Positions 1-10,154 of a DNA stretch of 64,000 nt are shown piece after piece (the first letter of the stretch is position 1; each line of letters opens with the position of its first letter). This stretch comes from Vulcanimicrobiales bacterium (lineage in GTDB: Bacteria > Vulcanimicrobiota > Vulcanimicrobiia > Vulcanimicrobiales > Vulcanimicrobiaceae), in assembly GCA_038231455.1 (NCBI GenBank), contig JBBRLI010000005.1, positions 1 to 64,000 on the forward strand, given 5' to 3'. The translations under genes were made by a program, and so were the position numbers. The notes under the pieces are model-generated. The model saw only the letters and a program-made list of their open reading frames with translations. It did not search any database and was not told where the DNA came from.

Positions 1-117
1 CCGGAATCTTTTTAAAGAACGCAATAGTATCCCGTTTGGACATGAAAGTTCTTCTTTGTGCAGCTTTCCGCTGCGATCGACTCGAGTCAAGGCTCGTCAT
101 CGCATCGGGATCAAGTT

Positions 118-233
118 TCTGGCGCCCATAGCGGTGGGGTCCCACCCGTTCCCATCCCGAACACGGCAGTTAAGCCCACCAGCGCCGATGGTAGTCGGAC
201 CGCAGGGTCCCTCGAGAGTAGGTCGGTGCCAGA
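118..233 (+). rRNA. rrf: 5S ribosomal RNA
   Basis: Typical 5S motifs (CACCCGTTCCCATCCCGAACACGGCAGTTAAGC, GCCGATGGTAGT, GAGAGTAGG). Ends TCTGGCGCC/GGTGCCAGA pair as helix I. Confidence 0.96.
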
Positions 234-243
234 TAATCAAACA

Positions 244-274
244 AGCCCGCCAGGCGAAAGCCGGCGGGCTTTTT
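244..274 (+). terminator. Intrinsic terminator after 5S rRNA
   Basis: AAGCCCGCC...GGCGGGCTT hairpin followed by a T run. Confidence 0.8.
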
Positions 275-424
275 GAATTCCGTTTGGTTTACCGAAGCGT
301 GAAACAAACTTGCAAGAAACCGTGCAGTTTCGCTGAATAAACGCTTCGACCAGCTGTCCCATCCTTTGATGCGGACGCGTCGTTCACGTCATCATACGCG
401 AACCAACTTCGGAGGGACCCGCAC

Positions 425-1435
425 TTGCGTAATTCCGTTTCTCGTGGGCGCTTTGTCGTCGCGAGTGCAGCGACACTCGCGTCGATCGGCTTCATCAAAG
501 CGCCGGCAAAAGCCGCGCAGTTCGAGTACAAGATGGCCCACAACTTGCCGGTGAGCCACCCGCTTCACATTCGTAACGTGGAATGTTGGAAGGCGGTCGA
601 GCAAGAGTCAAAAGGCCGACTCAAAGTTCAGGTCTTCCCGAACAATATTTTAGGCGGCGACACGCAAGTGCTCTCGCAGCTGCGTGTTGGTGGCGTGCAA
701 TTCTTCACGCTCTCGGGTGGTATTCTCACTTCACTCGTTCCGGTCGCTGCGATCCAAGGCGTCGGCTTTGCATTTAAAGATTCAAAGACGGTGTTCGAAG
801 CGATGGACGGCGATGTCGGTAAGATGGTGCAGAAGGAGACCGATGCCAAGGGTCTGATCGCTTTCGATCGGATCTGGGAGAACGGCTTCCGGCAGATTAC
901 CTCGAGTACGCATCCGATCACCAAGGTCGAAGACCTGGAGAATTTTAAGATTCGTACGCCTCCCGGCCGTCTTTGGATCGATCTGTTCAAGACACTCGGC
1001 GCATCGCCGACACCGATCAACATTTCCGAAGCCTATACCGCACTGCAAACGAAAGTCGTCGACGGACAAGAGAATCCGTACGCTGTGATCGAGACGACTA
1101 AGTTCTACGAAGTGCAGAAGTATCTGAGCGTCACGAACCACATGTGGGACGGTTACTGGCTACTCGGAAATAAGGACGCCTTTAACGCGCTTCCGGCCGA
1201 CATTCAAGAAATCGTCAGACGTAATACAACGAAATACGCGCTCTTGCAACGCGGCGATGTCGCGCGTCTGAACGCGTCGCTTGCCGATAAACTCGGGCGA
1301 CGCGGAATGGCCGTCAATAAAGCGGATACGTCTGGGTTCCATAAACGACTAGGACCGTTCTATTCCAAATGGAAAGGCGAGTTTGGCGACGTCGCGTGGT
1401 CGACGCTCGAAAAATATTCCGGAAAATTGGGGTAA
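425..1435 (+). CDS. dctP: TRAP transporter substrate-binding protein DctP with a Tat-like signal (SRGRF)
   Basis: Motifs ENGFRQIT, KIRTP and VVDGQENP; GGAGG RBS before the TTG start. Confidence 0.92.
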   Translation: MRNSVSRGRFVVASAATLASIGFIKAPAKAAQFEYKMAHNLPVSHPLHIRNVECWKAVEQESKGRLKVQVFPNNILGGDTQVLSQLRVGGVQFFTLSGGILTSLVPVAAIQGVGFAFKDSKTVFEAMDGDVGKMVQKETDAKGLIAFDRIWENGFRQITSSTHPITKVEDLENFKIRTPPGRLWIDLFKTLGASPTPINISEAYTALQTKVVDGQENPYAVIETTKFYEVQKYLSVTNHMWDGYWLLGNKDAFNALPADIQEIVRRNTTKYALLQRGDVARLNASLADKLGRRGMAVNKADTSGFHKRLGPFYSKWKGEFGDVAWSTLEKYSGKLG

Positions 1436-1441
1436 GACCGC

Positions 1442-3268
1442 ATCAAGCTCACCGAAACAGTCGACACAGCGATCGGCCGGGTAACCGAGCCGGTCGCTGC
1501 TTTTCTCCTGGTCATCGAAGTCTGCATTCTCCTTAGCGGCGTGTTCTCGCGGTACGTGTTGCATCACGCACTCGTTTGGACCGACGAACTCGCGACGATC
1601 ATCATGCTGTGGCTCTCTATGCTGGGTGCGGTGATCGCATGGCGGCGTAGCGAGCATATGCGCCTAACCGCGCTCGCACGCGCGATCGGTGGTCGCGCAT
1701 CGCAGTGGTTCGATGCGACGGTCGCGCTGATCGTTGCAGCATTTGCACTTGAGATGCTACCGGCATCGCAGAAACTCTTCGTCGACGATCTCATCGATGT
1801 CACACCAGTGCTGAATTTACCACGCTCGTGGATCATCGCCGCGATTTTCGTCGGTATGGCACTCTTGCTCGTGCTTTCGATTACCAGATTGTTAGAGATC
1901 GATCGTGGCATCGTGCTGCGCGTCATGGCGGTAAGTGTCGTCGTCGTTGCCGCGTTCTTTTTTGCGCGCCCGTTTTTCGCAACACTCGGCAATATCAATC
2001 TCGTCATCTTTTTCTTCTTTATCGTAGGGGGCGCGATAGCGATCGGCACGCCGATTGCCTTTGCCTTCGGCTTCGGGACGCTGACCTATATCTTGTTTGC
2101 GACCAAGGTGCCGCTCGAAGTCGTCGTAAGCCGGATGGACGAGGGCGCATCGAATATCGTGTTGCTCGCAATTCCGATGTTCATCTTGCTCGGCTATTTG
2201 ATCGTGAGCGGCGGTATCGCGCAGCGACTCGTCGCAGCACTCGCCTCGCTCGTCGGTCATTTGCGCGGGGGACTTGGGATTGTGCTCGTGTTCGCGATGT
2301 ACGTCGTCTCGGGGATCTCCGGTTCGAAGACCGCCGACATGGCGGCGGTCGCACCGGTGCTTTTCCCGGAGATGCGTCGACGCGGCTCCGAACCGAACGA
2401 CCTCGTCGCGATGCTCGCCTCAGCGGGTGCGATGGCCGAGACGATCCCGCCGAGCCTTGTCCTCATCATCATCGGATCGGTGACCGGAGTGTCGATCGGC
2501 GCGCTCTTTACCGCGGGGCTCGTGCCGGCGCTCTTGGCTGCGATCTGCCTCCTTGTTGTCATCTTATGGCGTTCGCGCGGCGACAAAGTCGAACTCGCGA
2601 AGCGTGCGACCTTCCGCGAAATCGGAATCGCCATGTTTGCGGCGATTCCCGGTTTTGCGTTACCATTTCTCATTCGTGCTGCCGTCCTCGGCGGCGTTGC
2701 GACGGCAACCGAGGTCTCGACGGTCGGTATTCTCTACTCCGTTCTCGTTGGTGCGTTCTTGTACCGTGAATTGAAATGGAGCGCGATCTATCCGGTGTTG
2801 CGTGAGACCGCCGCGCTCACTGGTGCAATCATGCTCATCATCGCTACCGCAACGGCAATGGGCTGGGCGCTGACGCAATCCGGTTTCGCGCAGCAATTGA
2901 GCGACTCGCTCGGTCATGCGCCGGGCGGAGCCGCGGGATTTATGGCGCTCTCGGTCTTGCTCTTCATCGTACTGGGGTCGGTGCTCGAAGGGATCCCGGC
3001 CGTCGTCTTATTCGGCCCCTTGTTGTTTCCGATTGCAAAAGGCTTCGGTATCGACGAAGTGCAGTACGCGATGGTCGCGGTTCTCGGCATGGGCGTCGGT
3101 CTTTTTGCGCCGCCCCTTGGTTTCGGGTATTATGCGGCGTGCGCGCTCGGCCGCGTCTCGCCCGATCATGCGATGAAGCGGATGATCCCCTACCTTTCCT
3201 CGATCGTCGTGGCGCTCGTCATTGTCGCGGCCGTCCCGTGGTTCTCAACCGGATTTCTTCACCGCTAA
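1442..3268 (+). CDS. dctM: Fused TRAP permease DctQ-DctM; start uncertain (ATC 1442 or GTG 1541)
   Basis: DctQ-like WTDELA...EHMR; DctM motifs LLAIPMFIL, SGISGSK.AD and TIPPS; many transmembrane helices. Confidence 0.88.
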   Translation: MKLTETVDTAIGRVTEPVAAFLLVIEVCILLSGVFSRYVLHHALVWTDELATIIMLWLSMLGAVIAWRRSEHMRLTALARAIGGRASQWFDATVALIVAAFALEMLPASQKLFVDDLIDVTPVLNLPRSWIIAAIFVGMALLLVLSITRLLEIDRGIVLRVMAVSVVVVAAFFFARPFFATLGNINLVIFFFFIVGGAIAIGTPIAFAFGFGTLTYILFATKVPLEVVVSRMDEGASNIVLLAIPMFILLGYLIVSGGIAQRLVAALASLVGHLRGGLGIVLVFAMYVVSGISGSKTADMAAVAPVLFPEMRRRGSEPNDLVAMLASAGAMAETIPPSLVLIIIGSVTGVSIGALFTAGLVPALLAAICLLVVILWRSRGDKVELAKRATFREIGIAMFAAIPGFALPFLIRAAVLGGVATATEVSTVGILYSVLVGAFLYRELKWSAIYPVLRETAALTGAIMLIIATATAMGWALTQSGFAQQLSDSLGHAPGGAAGFMALSVLLFIVLGSVLEGIPAVVLFGPLLFPIAKGFGIDEVQYAMVAVLGMGVGLFAPPLGFGYYAACALGRVSPDHAMKRMIPYLSSIVVALVIVAAVPWFSTGFLHR

Positions 3269-3284
3269 CGAACGGAGTGTTTTC

Positions 3285-4385
3285 ATGCGTCGACTGCTCG
3301 TAAAAATTGCCATCGCGGCTGCGATCCTAGTGGCCCCCCTGACCGCATCCGCGAACCTTCCGACTGACCCTCCGCATCAACTCTACAGCGAAGGCGATCT
3401 CAAGCTCGAGAGCGGCGATGTCATTCACGATTTCATGCTCTCGTACGTCACGCATGGAACACTGAACGCAGCCAAAGACAACGCAATCCTTATGACGTCC
3501 TCACTGGGGGGCAATCACCACCGCATCGATTTTCTCATTGGTGCCGGCAAGGCATACGATCCCGAGAAGTATTTCATTATCTGCACCGATGCAATTGGGA
3601 ACGGTTACACGACCTCGCCTTCGAACAGCACAAAACAACACGGCACGGCATTTCCGCGCTATACACTCGGTGATATGGTGCAGTCGCAGTATCGTTTGGT
3701 CACGAAAAAATTTGGGATCAAGAAGCTCGCGATCGTGACGGGCGCGTCGATGGGCGGAATGCAGAGTCTGCAGTGGGGAGTGACCCACCCCGATATGATG
3801 AAAATGATTGTTGCGCTCACGCCACTTGCGCGAACGCCACCCTGGTCGATGGTGATGACCAAAGCCGGGCGAACCGCACTCACGCTCGACCCGGCGTATA
3901 ACAATGGCAATTATACGGCGCAGCCCGAAGCCGGATGGCGTGCCCAATCGGATATCTTCGATTCGATCGCGACGCGCACGCCGGCCGGCCTCGATGAAGC
4001 GTTTCCGAAAGAGACCGACGTCCTCGCCTTCATGAAAAAACAAGAAGACAATCGCATTGCAAGTAAGCTCGATGCGAACGATTGGATTTCACAAACGTAC
4101 GCGTACGATGCCTTCAATGTCGGAAATTCAACCTTCCACGGCGACTGGAAAGCCGCGCTCGGATCCATCAAGGCGAAGGCACTCTTGATGGGCGGACCGC
4201 TCGATCTGCTCAATCCGGCAGAAGAAGTCGTGCGCGCAGCGCAAGCAATCCCGGACGCCGTGCACGTCACGATTCCCTCAAAGCAGGGCCACTTTGCCGC
4301 GAGCTCGTTCAACGCAACTGACGTGCAGTTTATGAATGGCATCGTCGGCGCATTCATCTCGGGACAGGCAGTACAACCGAGCTAG
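3285..4385 (+). CDS. Secreted alpha/beta hydrolase of the homoserine O-acetyltransferase (MetX)-like family
   Basis: Signal peptide ending ASA; GTLNAAKDNAIL; GASMGG nucleophile elbow; C-terminal GH. Confidence 0.8.
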   Translation: MRRLLVKIAIAAAILVAPLTASANLPTDPPHQLYSEGDLKLESGDVIHDFMLSYVTHGTLNAAKDNAILMTSSLGGNHHRIDFLIGAGKAYDPEKYFIICTDAIGNGYTTSPSNSTKQHGTAFPRYTLGDMVQSQYRLVTKKFGIKKLAIVTGASMGGMQSLQWGVTHPDMMKMIVALTPLARTPPWSMVMTKAGRTALTLDPAYNNGNYTAQPEAGWRAQSDIFDSIATRTPAGLDEAFPKETDVLAFMKKQEDNRIASKLDANDWISQTYAYDAFNVGNSTFHGDWKAALGSIKAKALLMGGPLDLLNPAEEVVRAAQAIPDAVHVTIPSKQGHFAASSFNATDVQFMNGIVGAFISGQAVQPS

Positions 4386-4473
4386 CTTCGAATACCGAAC
4401 CGAAGAGAAGGCATCCGCTGCCGATCGGTTACGAATGGGCGGGAGCCTTCGCCGAGATACCGAACTTTTTGAT

Positions 4474-4950
4474 ATGAAGATTCAGGCACTTCCCTTGATT
4501 GTTGCCGTTCTCATCGGAGTCGACTCCGCCGCGGCGCGTGCCGCGGACACGGCAACCGTAACCGGTTACGCCTACGATTGCGTAGCGGAACATGCCCTGC
4601 CCGGCGCAACCGTTGTCTTCCGAAATGGCACCGATGTACGGACCGTTACGACGCGCGGTGATGGCTCGTTTAGCGCCCTCGGACTAACACCGGGGACGTA
4701 CGCCGTTGAATTGCGAGGCGACGTCGTCGTCCAGCCGCCGTTCCCCCCGCCGCTGCTTGGCGGAACCATGCGGATTGGTGCGCTCACGAGCACCCGGACG
4801 TTGACCGTGGTGCCCAACGATTACGTTTCAATGCGAATCGGAATTGGACCGACCAATAATATCGGCCACCCGAGGACGATCAAGTGCGATCCCGACCTTG
4901 TCGCAGTGACAGCAGGGCCGGTCGAGCGCACGACGGTAATTTCGCACTAG
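4474..4950 (+). CDS. Secreted carboxypeptidase-regulatory-like (prealbumin-fold) domain protein
   Basis: Signal peptide; ALPGATV...TT..DGSF...L.PGTY pattern. Confidence 0.65.
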   Translation: MKIQALPLIVAVLIGVDSAAARAADTATVTGYAYDCVAEHALPGATVVFRNGTDVRTVTTRGDGSFSALGLTPGTYAVELRGDVVVQPPFPPPLLGGTMRIGALTSTRTLTVVPNDYVSMRIGIGPTNNIGHPRTIKCDPDLVAVTAGPVERTTVISH

Positions 4951-5037
4951 CGTCGCGGCTCGATCTGCTGGCTTCCTAGAGCTTCAAACTGTTGCATCAA
5001 AAGTACAGCAACGGCGGCGCGCTCGACGAGCATCAGG

Positions 5038-5793
5038 GTGTTTATCTCTATCCGTAGGCTCGGGGTCGCCCTCGCCGCATTGTTCGTCATGCCCGCACCG
5101 GCGTTTGCCTCGCCTATGAACGCCGCTGCAATCTCGCGAGTCTACTCGGAGGAGTCGCAAGGCCGCTCGCTGATTTCAACGGTAAAGTATCGCGAGGCCC
5201 TGATTCCATTGACTGATGCCGTGAGTCGACTGGCTGCCGAATCCCATCGGAAACAATTTCCCGATGGGCTTCGGTTCTTGCTCACCGATGCGTCGATCGA
5301 GCTTGGCGACGCGGAAGCGCGTGTTGGAAATTGGACGTCAGCTTTTGCGGCTTGGGATCATCTAGATACTATCACACCAAGCGGCAGCGAATTTAGTGAT
5401 CTACGGGCCATCGAGATATCGTTCCGTAGGCCGAATTCGCACACGGCGTTCGCGCTGTACGAACGCTATCTTTTCAATAATCAGGATAGTTTTGCGGTAA
5501 ATTCGTCGGATGTGACAGAAGCCGCACGTACCGTTCTGCGCTTTGCAATTTCTCTCGCGCAGAAAGGACGATATCGCGAAGCGCGTGACAAGCTCGAGAG
5601 AGCTTTGGAGCAAGGGGCACCGCGCAATGAAACGCTGTACGCGCTCGGAGAGGTGCAGTACCGACTGCACGAGGAAGCTGCCGCCTATGATAATTGGCTG
5701 ACGATCCTTGAAAGCGTTCGCGTGTTTTCGTCGCATCCATACCAGACCGGTATAGCGCGACTTGCAACGTCAGCGCTGCGGCATAGAAGATAG
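5038..5793 (+). CDS. Secreted TPR-like protein
   Basis: Signal peptide ending AFA; helical repeats such as GRYREARDKLERAL and YALGEVQY. Confidence 0.6.
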   Translation: MFISIRRLGVALAALFVMPAPAFASPMNAAAISRVYSEESQGRSLISTVKYREALIPLTDAVSRLAAESHRKQFPDGLRFLLTDASIELGDAEARVGNWTSAFAAWDHLDTITPSGSEFSDLRAIEISFRRPNSHTAFALYERYLFNNQDSFAVNSSDVTEAARTVLRFAISLAQKGRYREARDKLERALEQGAPRNETLYALGEVQYRLHEEAAAYDNWLTILESVRVFSSHPYQTGIARLATSALRHRR

Positions 5794-5878
5794 AGGCCTC
5801 TCGAAGTATCCGATCGTGTTAACGAACTCGTCAGAAGATCGCGACTAATTTCGAAGCTCGGGTGGCACTGACCATGAC

Positions 5879-6487
5879 ATGATTCGCTTGCATCCGTTTT
5901 TGGCCGTCATTCTTGTCGTAGCTGCGTCCCCCTCTGTTGCATCGGCCGGCGCCAGTTCGATTATCGCAGCGCAACTCGAGGCCGAGGGCGATCGCATGAG
6001 CGTCGATCGCGCCAATCTTAGCGAAGCGATTGGGCTCTACGATCGGGCCATAGCGCTGGAGGATCCGACTCCCCGACGTCTCTATCGACGCTCGCAGCTG
6101 CGGCTTGTGGCCGGAGACCCGCGCGGGGCGATCGCCGATCTTAGTTGGGCGCTCGCGAGACCCGGTGCCGATCGCGAGGCGGTCTTCGCCTTACGCTGTC
6201 GCGCGAAACGTCTGGTTGGCGATCGCCGTGGAGCACTAGCAGATTGCGGTGAAGCGGAACGCCTCAATCCCGACGATCCAATCGCCAACGGCGAACGTGC
6301 CGAACTCGAACTGCTGGCCGGCAACCTCGGGCCGGCGTGGCGCTACGCGACAACCGCAAGCGAGATGGACTCACGTACGACGCGCTACGAGACAATCCGT
6401 TGTCGCATCGCGCAGCGGATGAACGCGCAAGAGAAGATTACTGAGGCTTGCGCACGAGCGCAGCAAATCGGTGCCGACGATCGCTGA
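5879..6487 (+). CDS. Secreted TPR protein
   Basis: Signal peptide; AIGLYDRAIAL, GAIADLSWAL and ALADCGEAERLNP repeats. Confidence 0.7.
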   Translation: MIRLHPFLAVILVVAASPSVASAGASSIIAAQLEAEGDRMSVDRANLSEAIGLYDRAIALEDPTPRRLYRRSQLRLVAGDPRGAIADLSWALARPGADREAVFALRCRAKRLVGDRRGALADCGEAERLNPDDPIANGERAELELLAGNLGPAWRYATTASEMDSRTTRYETIRCRIAQRMNAQEKITEACARAQQIGADDR

Positions 6488-6515
6488 GCGGGCATCGACT
6501 GTGATCGAGTCGTAC

Positions 6516-7772
6516 TTAGGTGGCCGGTTCGCCGTCGCGATGACTTGCTGGAATGACGAGTTGAGAAAGTAGTAAACCCGACACGATGAGGATCGATGCG
6601 AGCGTGGCGTTGAGTGCGAGTGTCACGGCGTCAGTGACGTCGCGCTGGAAGACCGCAAGAATACTCTCGTAGCTAAGAGATCCCGGAACGAGAACGTAGA
6701 GTCCCGGGACGAGTAAAAGCGCTTGCGGGATACGCATATAGCGCGCACCGACGTTCGCTCCGAGACCAACAAGTAGAGCGGTGCCGAATGCCGCTATACG
6801 CGGTTCCGGCAGCAGCGAGAAGAGACGTGAAACGACAATCGTGATCCCGCAAGACGCAAGCACCCAGCCGACATCACGCGGGCGCGCGTGGAGGATGATC
6901 GTAACGGCGAACGCGATCGCCAGAATCGACGGTACGATGAGCCAGCCAAATGGACGCTGCATCGGAACGCTTGCGCCATTGAGAAGTGATGAACCCGCGA
7001 CCGCGACACCAAGCGCGAACCCGCACGTTAGCGAGAGTAGCGTCACCACCACGCCGCCGAGCCGCGCCGTGCCCGCGACGAGATTACGATTCGCGAGTTC
7101 GTGCAAGGCCGTCGTAAGACTCAGTCCCGGCAAGAGCTGCACGATTCCGGCAATGATGACGACATAGAGCGAGACTTCGTGGTCGCCAAAACGTTCGAAT
7201 GCACCAATGATGAGTGTTGCAATGAACGCAGCCGAGACCTCGAAGATGCGATCGACCGCCGGTACGCGCTCCGCGATCGAGGCAATCGAGCCAGTCGCGA
7301 CCCCGACGAGCGTCGCGACAATCACGTCCATGCGGCCCCCACCGAGCAAAATCGCAACTCCAAGCGAGAGCATTGCATAGGCAAGAATCAACGCGATGAC
7401 CGGTGTTGGGGGCTGGGCTTTGTCGATACGCTCCGTTTCGATCAGCGCGGCTTGGACATCGACTATGCCGGCCCGTAAATCCGCGAGCAGTTCGTTGAGC
7501 TGCGCGAGTTTCCGCAAGTGCAGCTTCGCCGGTTCCAATCGCATGATGATCACGCGCTGCGCATAGGCCGGGCCGATGGCAACCGTGAGGCTCGTCGGCA
7601 AAGCGTTCACTTGAAGCGTGACGCCCAGATGCAGGGCGAGATCCCGCATGAGTTCCTCGAGGAAGTCAACCGGGATGCCAGCTTGGTGGAAGGCGCGGCC
7701 GACGGCGAGTGTGAGCTTCGAGGCGCCGTCGGCGCCGACGAGGGAGGCTTCCGCGGGTGCATCCGTTGTCAT
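6516..7772 (-). CDS. Threonine/serine exporter family protein (fused ThrE + ThrE_2)
   Basis: LLPGLSLTTALHELA...LVAGTARL and LVPGSLSY motifs; about 10 transmembrane helices. Confidence 0.8.
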   Translation of the reverse strand: MTTDAPAEASLVGADGASKLTLAVGRAFHQAGIPVDFLEELMRDLALHLGVTLQVNALPTSLTVAIGPAYAQRVIIMRLEPAKLHLRKLAQLNELLADLRAGIVDVQAALIETERIDKAQPPTPVIALILAYAMLSLGVAILLGGGRMDVIVATLVGVATGSIASIAERVPAVDRIFEVSAAFIATLIIGAFERFGDHEVSLYVVIIAGIVQLLPGLSLTTALHELANRNLVAGTARLGGVVVTLLSLTCGFALGVAVAGSSLLNGASVPMQRPFGWLIVPSILAIAFAVTIILHARPRDVGWVLASCGITIVVSRLFSLLPEPRIAAFGTALLVGLGANVGARYMRIPQALLLVPGLYVLVPGSLSYESILAVFQRDVTDAVTLALNATLASILIVSGLLLSQLVIPASHRDGEPAT

Positions 7773-7915
7773 TAACGGGCTAGTTCGCGGCAGCCGAGCG
7801 TTGCCCCGGGTTGCGTGATTCGCGACACAGTTTGTTAAAAGTCGCTTAATGCGACGCTAATCTTTACGATTGCTGCCGATACCCTAAGTAACCATCTGCC
7901 GATCGGAGACCAACG

Positions 7916-8179
7916 ATGACGCTCGATGGAGCCGTCCTCAATGAAGGAGGCGTAACGTTTGCCTTGGCCAGCGTCCCTCCCAACATCCTAACCGACCCGA
8001 CCACCGCCGATGAGCTGCTAGACAGTCTCAAACGCGACCTCTTCCCCGACATGCCGATCTTGCTCATGGCGCGTGAGTGGAGCGGTCGGCCGAGTTATTA
8101 CGGCAGCCCCGACGCCCAACGTGCGCTTCGCGGCGTCCATGTCGGCCGAATCGCGTGGAGCCGCTATAACGTAAGCTAG
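7916..8179 (+). CDS. Hypothetical protein, 87 aa
   Basis: GGAGA RBS; protein-like ORF filling the intergenic gap; convergent 4-nt overlap with the secretin gene. Confidence 0.6.
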   Translation: MTLDGAVLNEGGVTFALASVPPNILTDPTTADELLDSLKRDLFPDMPILLMAREWSGRPSYYGSPDAQRALRGVHVGRIAWSRYNVS

Positions 8180-9546
8180 AGGACGTGCGGAGTGATGAGA
8201 AAGACCACTTCATCCTTCGTATGCGAACGCTGCCGGTTGCGAAAGAAGCTTCCGAGTACCGGCACGTCCCCTAAAAACGGAAACTTGGTGATGGTGTCGG
8301 AGTCGACATCGGAGAAGAGCCCGCCGAGTACGATCGTTTCTCCATCGTGCACCCTCAGTGTAGAATCCACGTGCCGGTTTGCAACGATCGGGAACGCCGC
8401 GTTGAAACCCGTGATCTGGCTATATTCTGGATGCATCTCGGCTGTGATGGTTCCGTCCGGTCCAATTGTTGGGGTCAGACGCAATTTCACGCCGACGTCG
8501 ACGTTCTGCACGGTCGGTAGTCCCGTCTGCAGATTTGTCGTGACGACCGGATACGTTTCTCCTACGAGCAGGTTTGCCTCGCGATTATTGAGCGTCGCGA
8601 TTCGCGGCGTAGCGAGAATTGAGGCGTGCCCGCGCTGGATAAGCGCGTTGAGTTGCGCGTTCACAATTGCCGAACTTTGCGTGAGCGTATAAGCGAATTG
8701 GGCAAGGCCGCCGCTTCCGAAGCCCTTACCTCCGAACGTAATCCCCAGATTTGATGAGTCGATTTCCGGCTGGACGTCGGCGACGCGGACTTCGAACATC
8801 ACTTGTCGACCTGGATGATCGAGATTGAACAGCAGCTGCTTTGCCGAATCGTTGATCTCGGTATTGCCCGTGATGAGAATGACGTTCTGACGATCGTCTG
8901 CGACGATCGCTGTTTCTGGGATCGTGCCTTTCAGTGCACGGGCTGCTTCACTTGCCTTGACGTTACTCAACGCATAAGCCGACGTCTGCGTTCCATTCAA
9001 TCCGATCCCCGAGACATCGAGCAGCTTGATCAAGTGACTCGCGCGGTCGACCGTCGATTGCGTCCCGGTTACAACGATCGAACTCGATCGTTTATCTGCA
9101 AAAATCACCGTGCCAACCGGAAGCGCTGACGTAAGAGGCGCAACCAGATCCTCGGCCTTTGCGCGAGCAAGCGTGAGGACGATCGTTTGTGAGGCTAAGT
9201 CCCCAGAATCGGCGTAACGTCGATTCATCGTCGCCGCGTCCCCCAGGACGAGGATGCGACCGTTCCGATGCACGACGAGATTAAAGCTCTGCACGACCGT
9301 CGAGAGCGCTTCGTCGAAACGCACATCTCGTAGACGCATGGTGACGCGTTGCGGTTTGACCGATCCATCGGCGACGATATTCTCGTTCGATTCTGCGGCG
9401 AGAAGTCGGATGAGATCGGCTAGGTCGATGTCGCGCGCATCGATCGATATGAGAGGAGACGTGCGAGCATGCGCGGTGGCAGGAGATGCGACAGCCGACG
9501 AAGCGACGATTGACGCGACGAGCGCGAGAATCCGATAGATCTTCAC
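8176..9546 (-). CDS. pilQ: Type IV pilus secretin (PilQ/GspD family)
   Basis: Signal peptide; STN-like and N-domain repeats; P.IATLNN.EA, GETIVLGGL, PFLGDVPVLG.FF and VFLITP motifs. Confidence 0.9.
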   Translation of the reverse strand: MKIYRILALVASIVASSAVASPATAHARTSPLISIDARDIDLADLIRLLAAESNENIVADGSVKPQRVTMRLRDVRFDEALSTVVQSFNLVVHRNGRILVLGDAATMNRRYADSGDLASQTIVLTLARAKAEDLVAPLTSALPVGTVIFADKRSSSIVVTGTQSTVDRASHLIKLLDVSGIGLNGTQTSAYALSNVKASEAARALKGTIPETAIVADDRQNVILITGNTEINDSAKQLLFNLDHPGRQVMFEVRVADVQPEIDSSNLGITFGGKGFGSGGLAQFAYTLTQSSAIVNAQLNALIQRGHASILATPRIATLNNREANLLVGETYPVVTTNLQTGLPTVQNVDVGVKLRLTPTIGPDGTITAEMHPEYSQITGFNAAFPIVANRHVDSTLRVHDGETIVLGGLFSDVDSDTITKFPFLGDVPVLGSFFRNRQRSHTKDEVVFLITPHVL

Positions 9547-10154
9547 GATTGCACCTGCGGAACCGAGGGTGACGCTGCAGCCGGCGACGGCGATGGAACT
9601 GGTACGAGCGGAATGGGCTCCGCGAAAACACGCTGAGCTGCCGACCGTTTTCCTGATTCGAGTACGATCGATCGACCATCGCTTAATGAAAGTCCGGCGC
9701 GGCCGATGCGTACGATCGTACTTCCGTCGACGGTATCTCCGGTTGCGACCACATGCGTTCCGGTCGAGTCGATGAGGAGTGCGACCGGCCGATCACCACT
9801 CACGACCGCTTGAAGTCGAAGCGTACTTTGGGTCGCGAAGACGGGCGTACCGAGCGCACCCGCATTCGCGGGGAGCGCCCGCAGCGAAGTCGGAACCCCA
9901 AGTAGGGGAACCGATAACGTCGGTGGCGTCGACGGTCCCTCCGGGCTAAGATGCTCGCCGATGAATGGGTCGCGGTGCGGCTGGATCAGTTCGAGCGGTG
10001 CGTCATGCTGTTTCGACGCGACGACCGTGCGATCGACGGATGTTGGATCACTCGCGGACCGTGCCGATTGTGGTGTCGCGGCGAAAGCGCTAGCGAAGCA
10101 AAGTGCCGAGGCACACAACGTGAGCGTTCTACTGCGATGATCGAGACGAAGCAT
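9543..10154 (-). CDS. PilP-like pilus assembly protein
   Basis: RDPF motif; C-terminal LRLQAVVSG...ALL...GD beta domain; located between pilO and pilQ. Confidence 0.6.
   Translation of the reverse strand: MLRLDHRSRTLTLCASALCFASAFAATPQSARSASDPTSVDRTVVASKQHDAPLELIQPHRDPFIGEHLSPEGPSTPPTLSVPLLGVPTSLRALPANAGALGTPVFATQSTLRLQAVVSGDRPVALLIDSTGTHVVATGDTVDGSTIVRIGRAGLSLSDGRSIVLESGKRSAAQRVFAEPIPLVPVPSPSPAAASPSVPQVQS

Noticed and set aside
56-340. ORFs overlapping the 5S region, and 62539-63154 over rnpB
   Set aside because: Spurious frames across structural RNA genes
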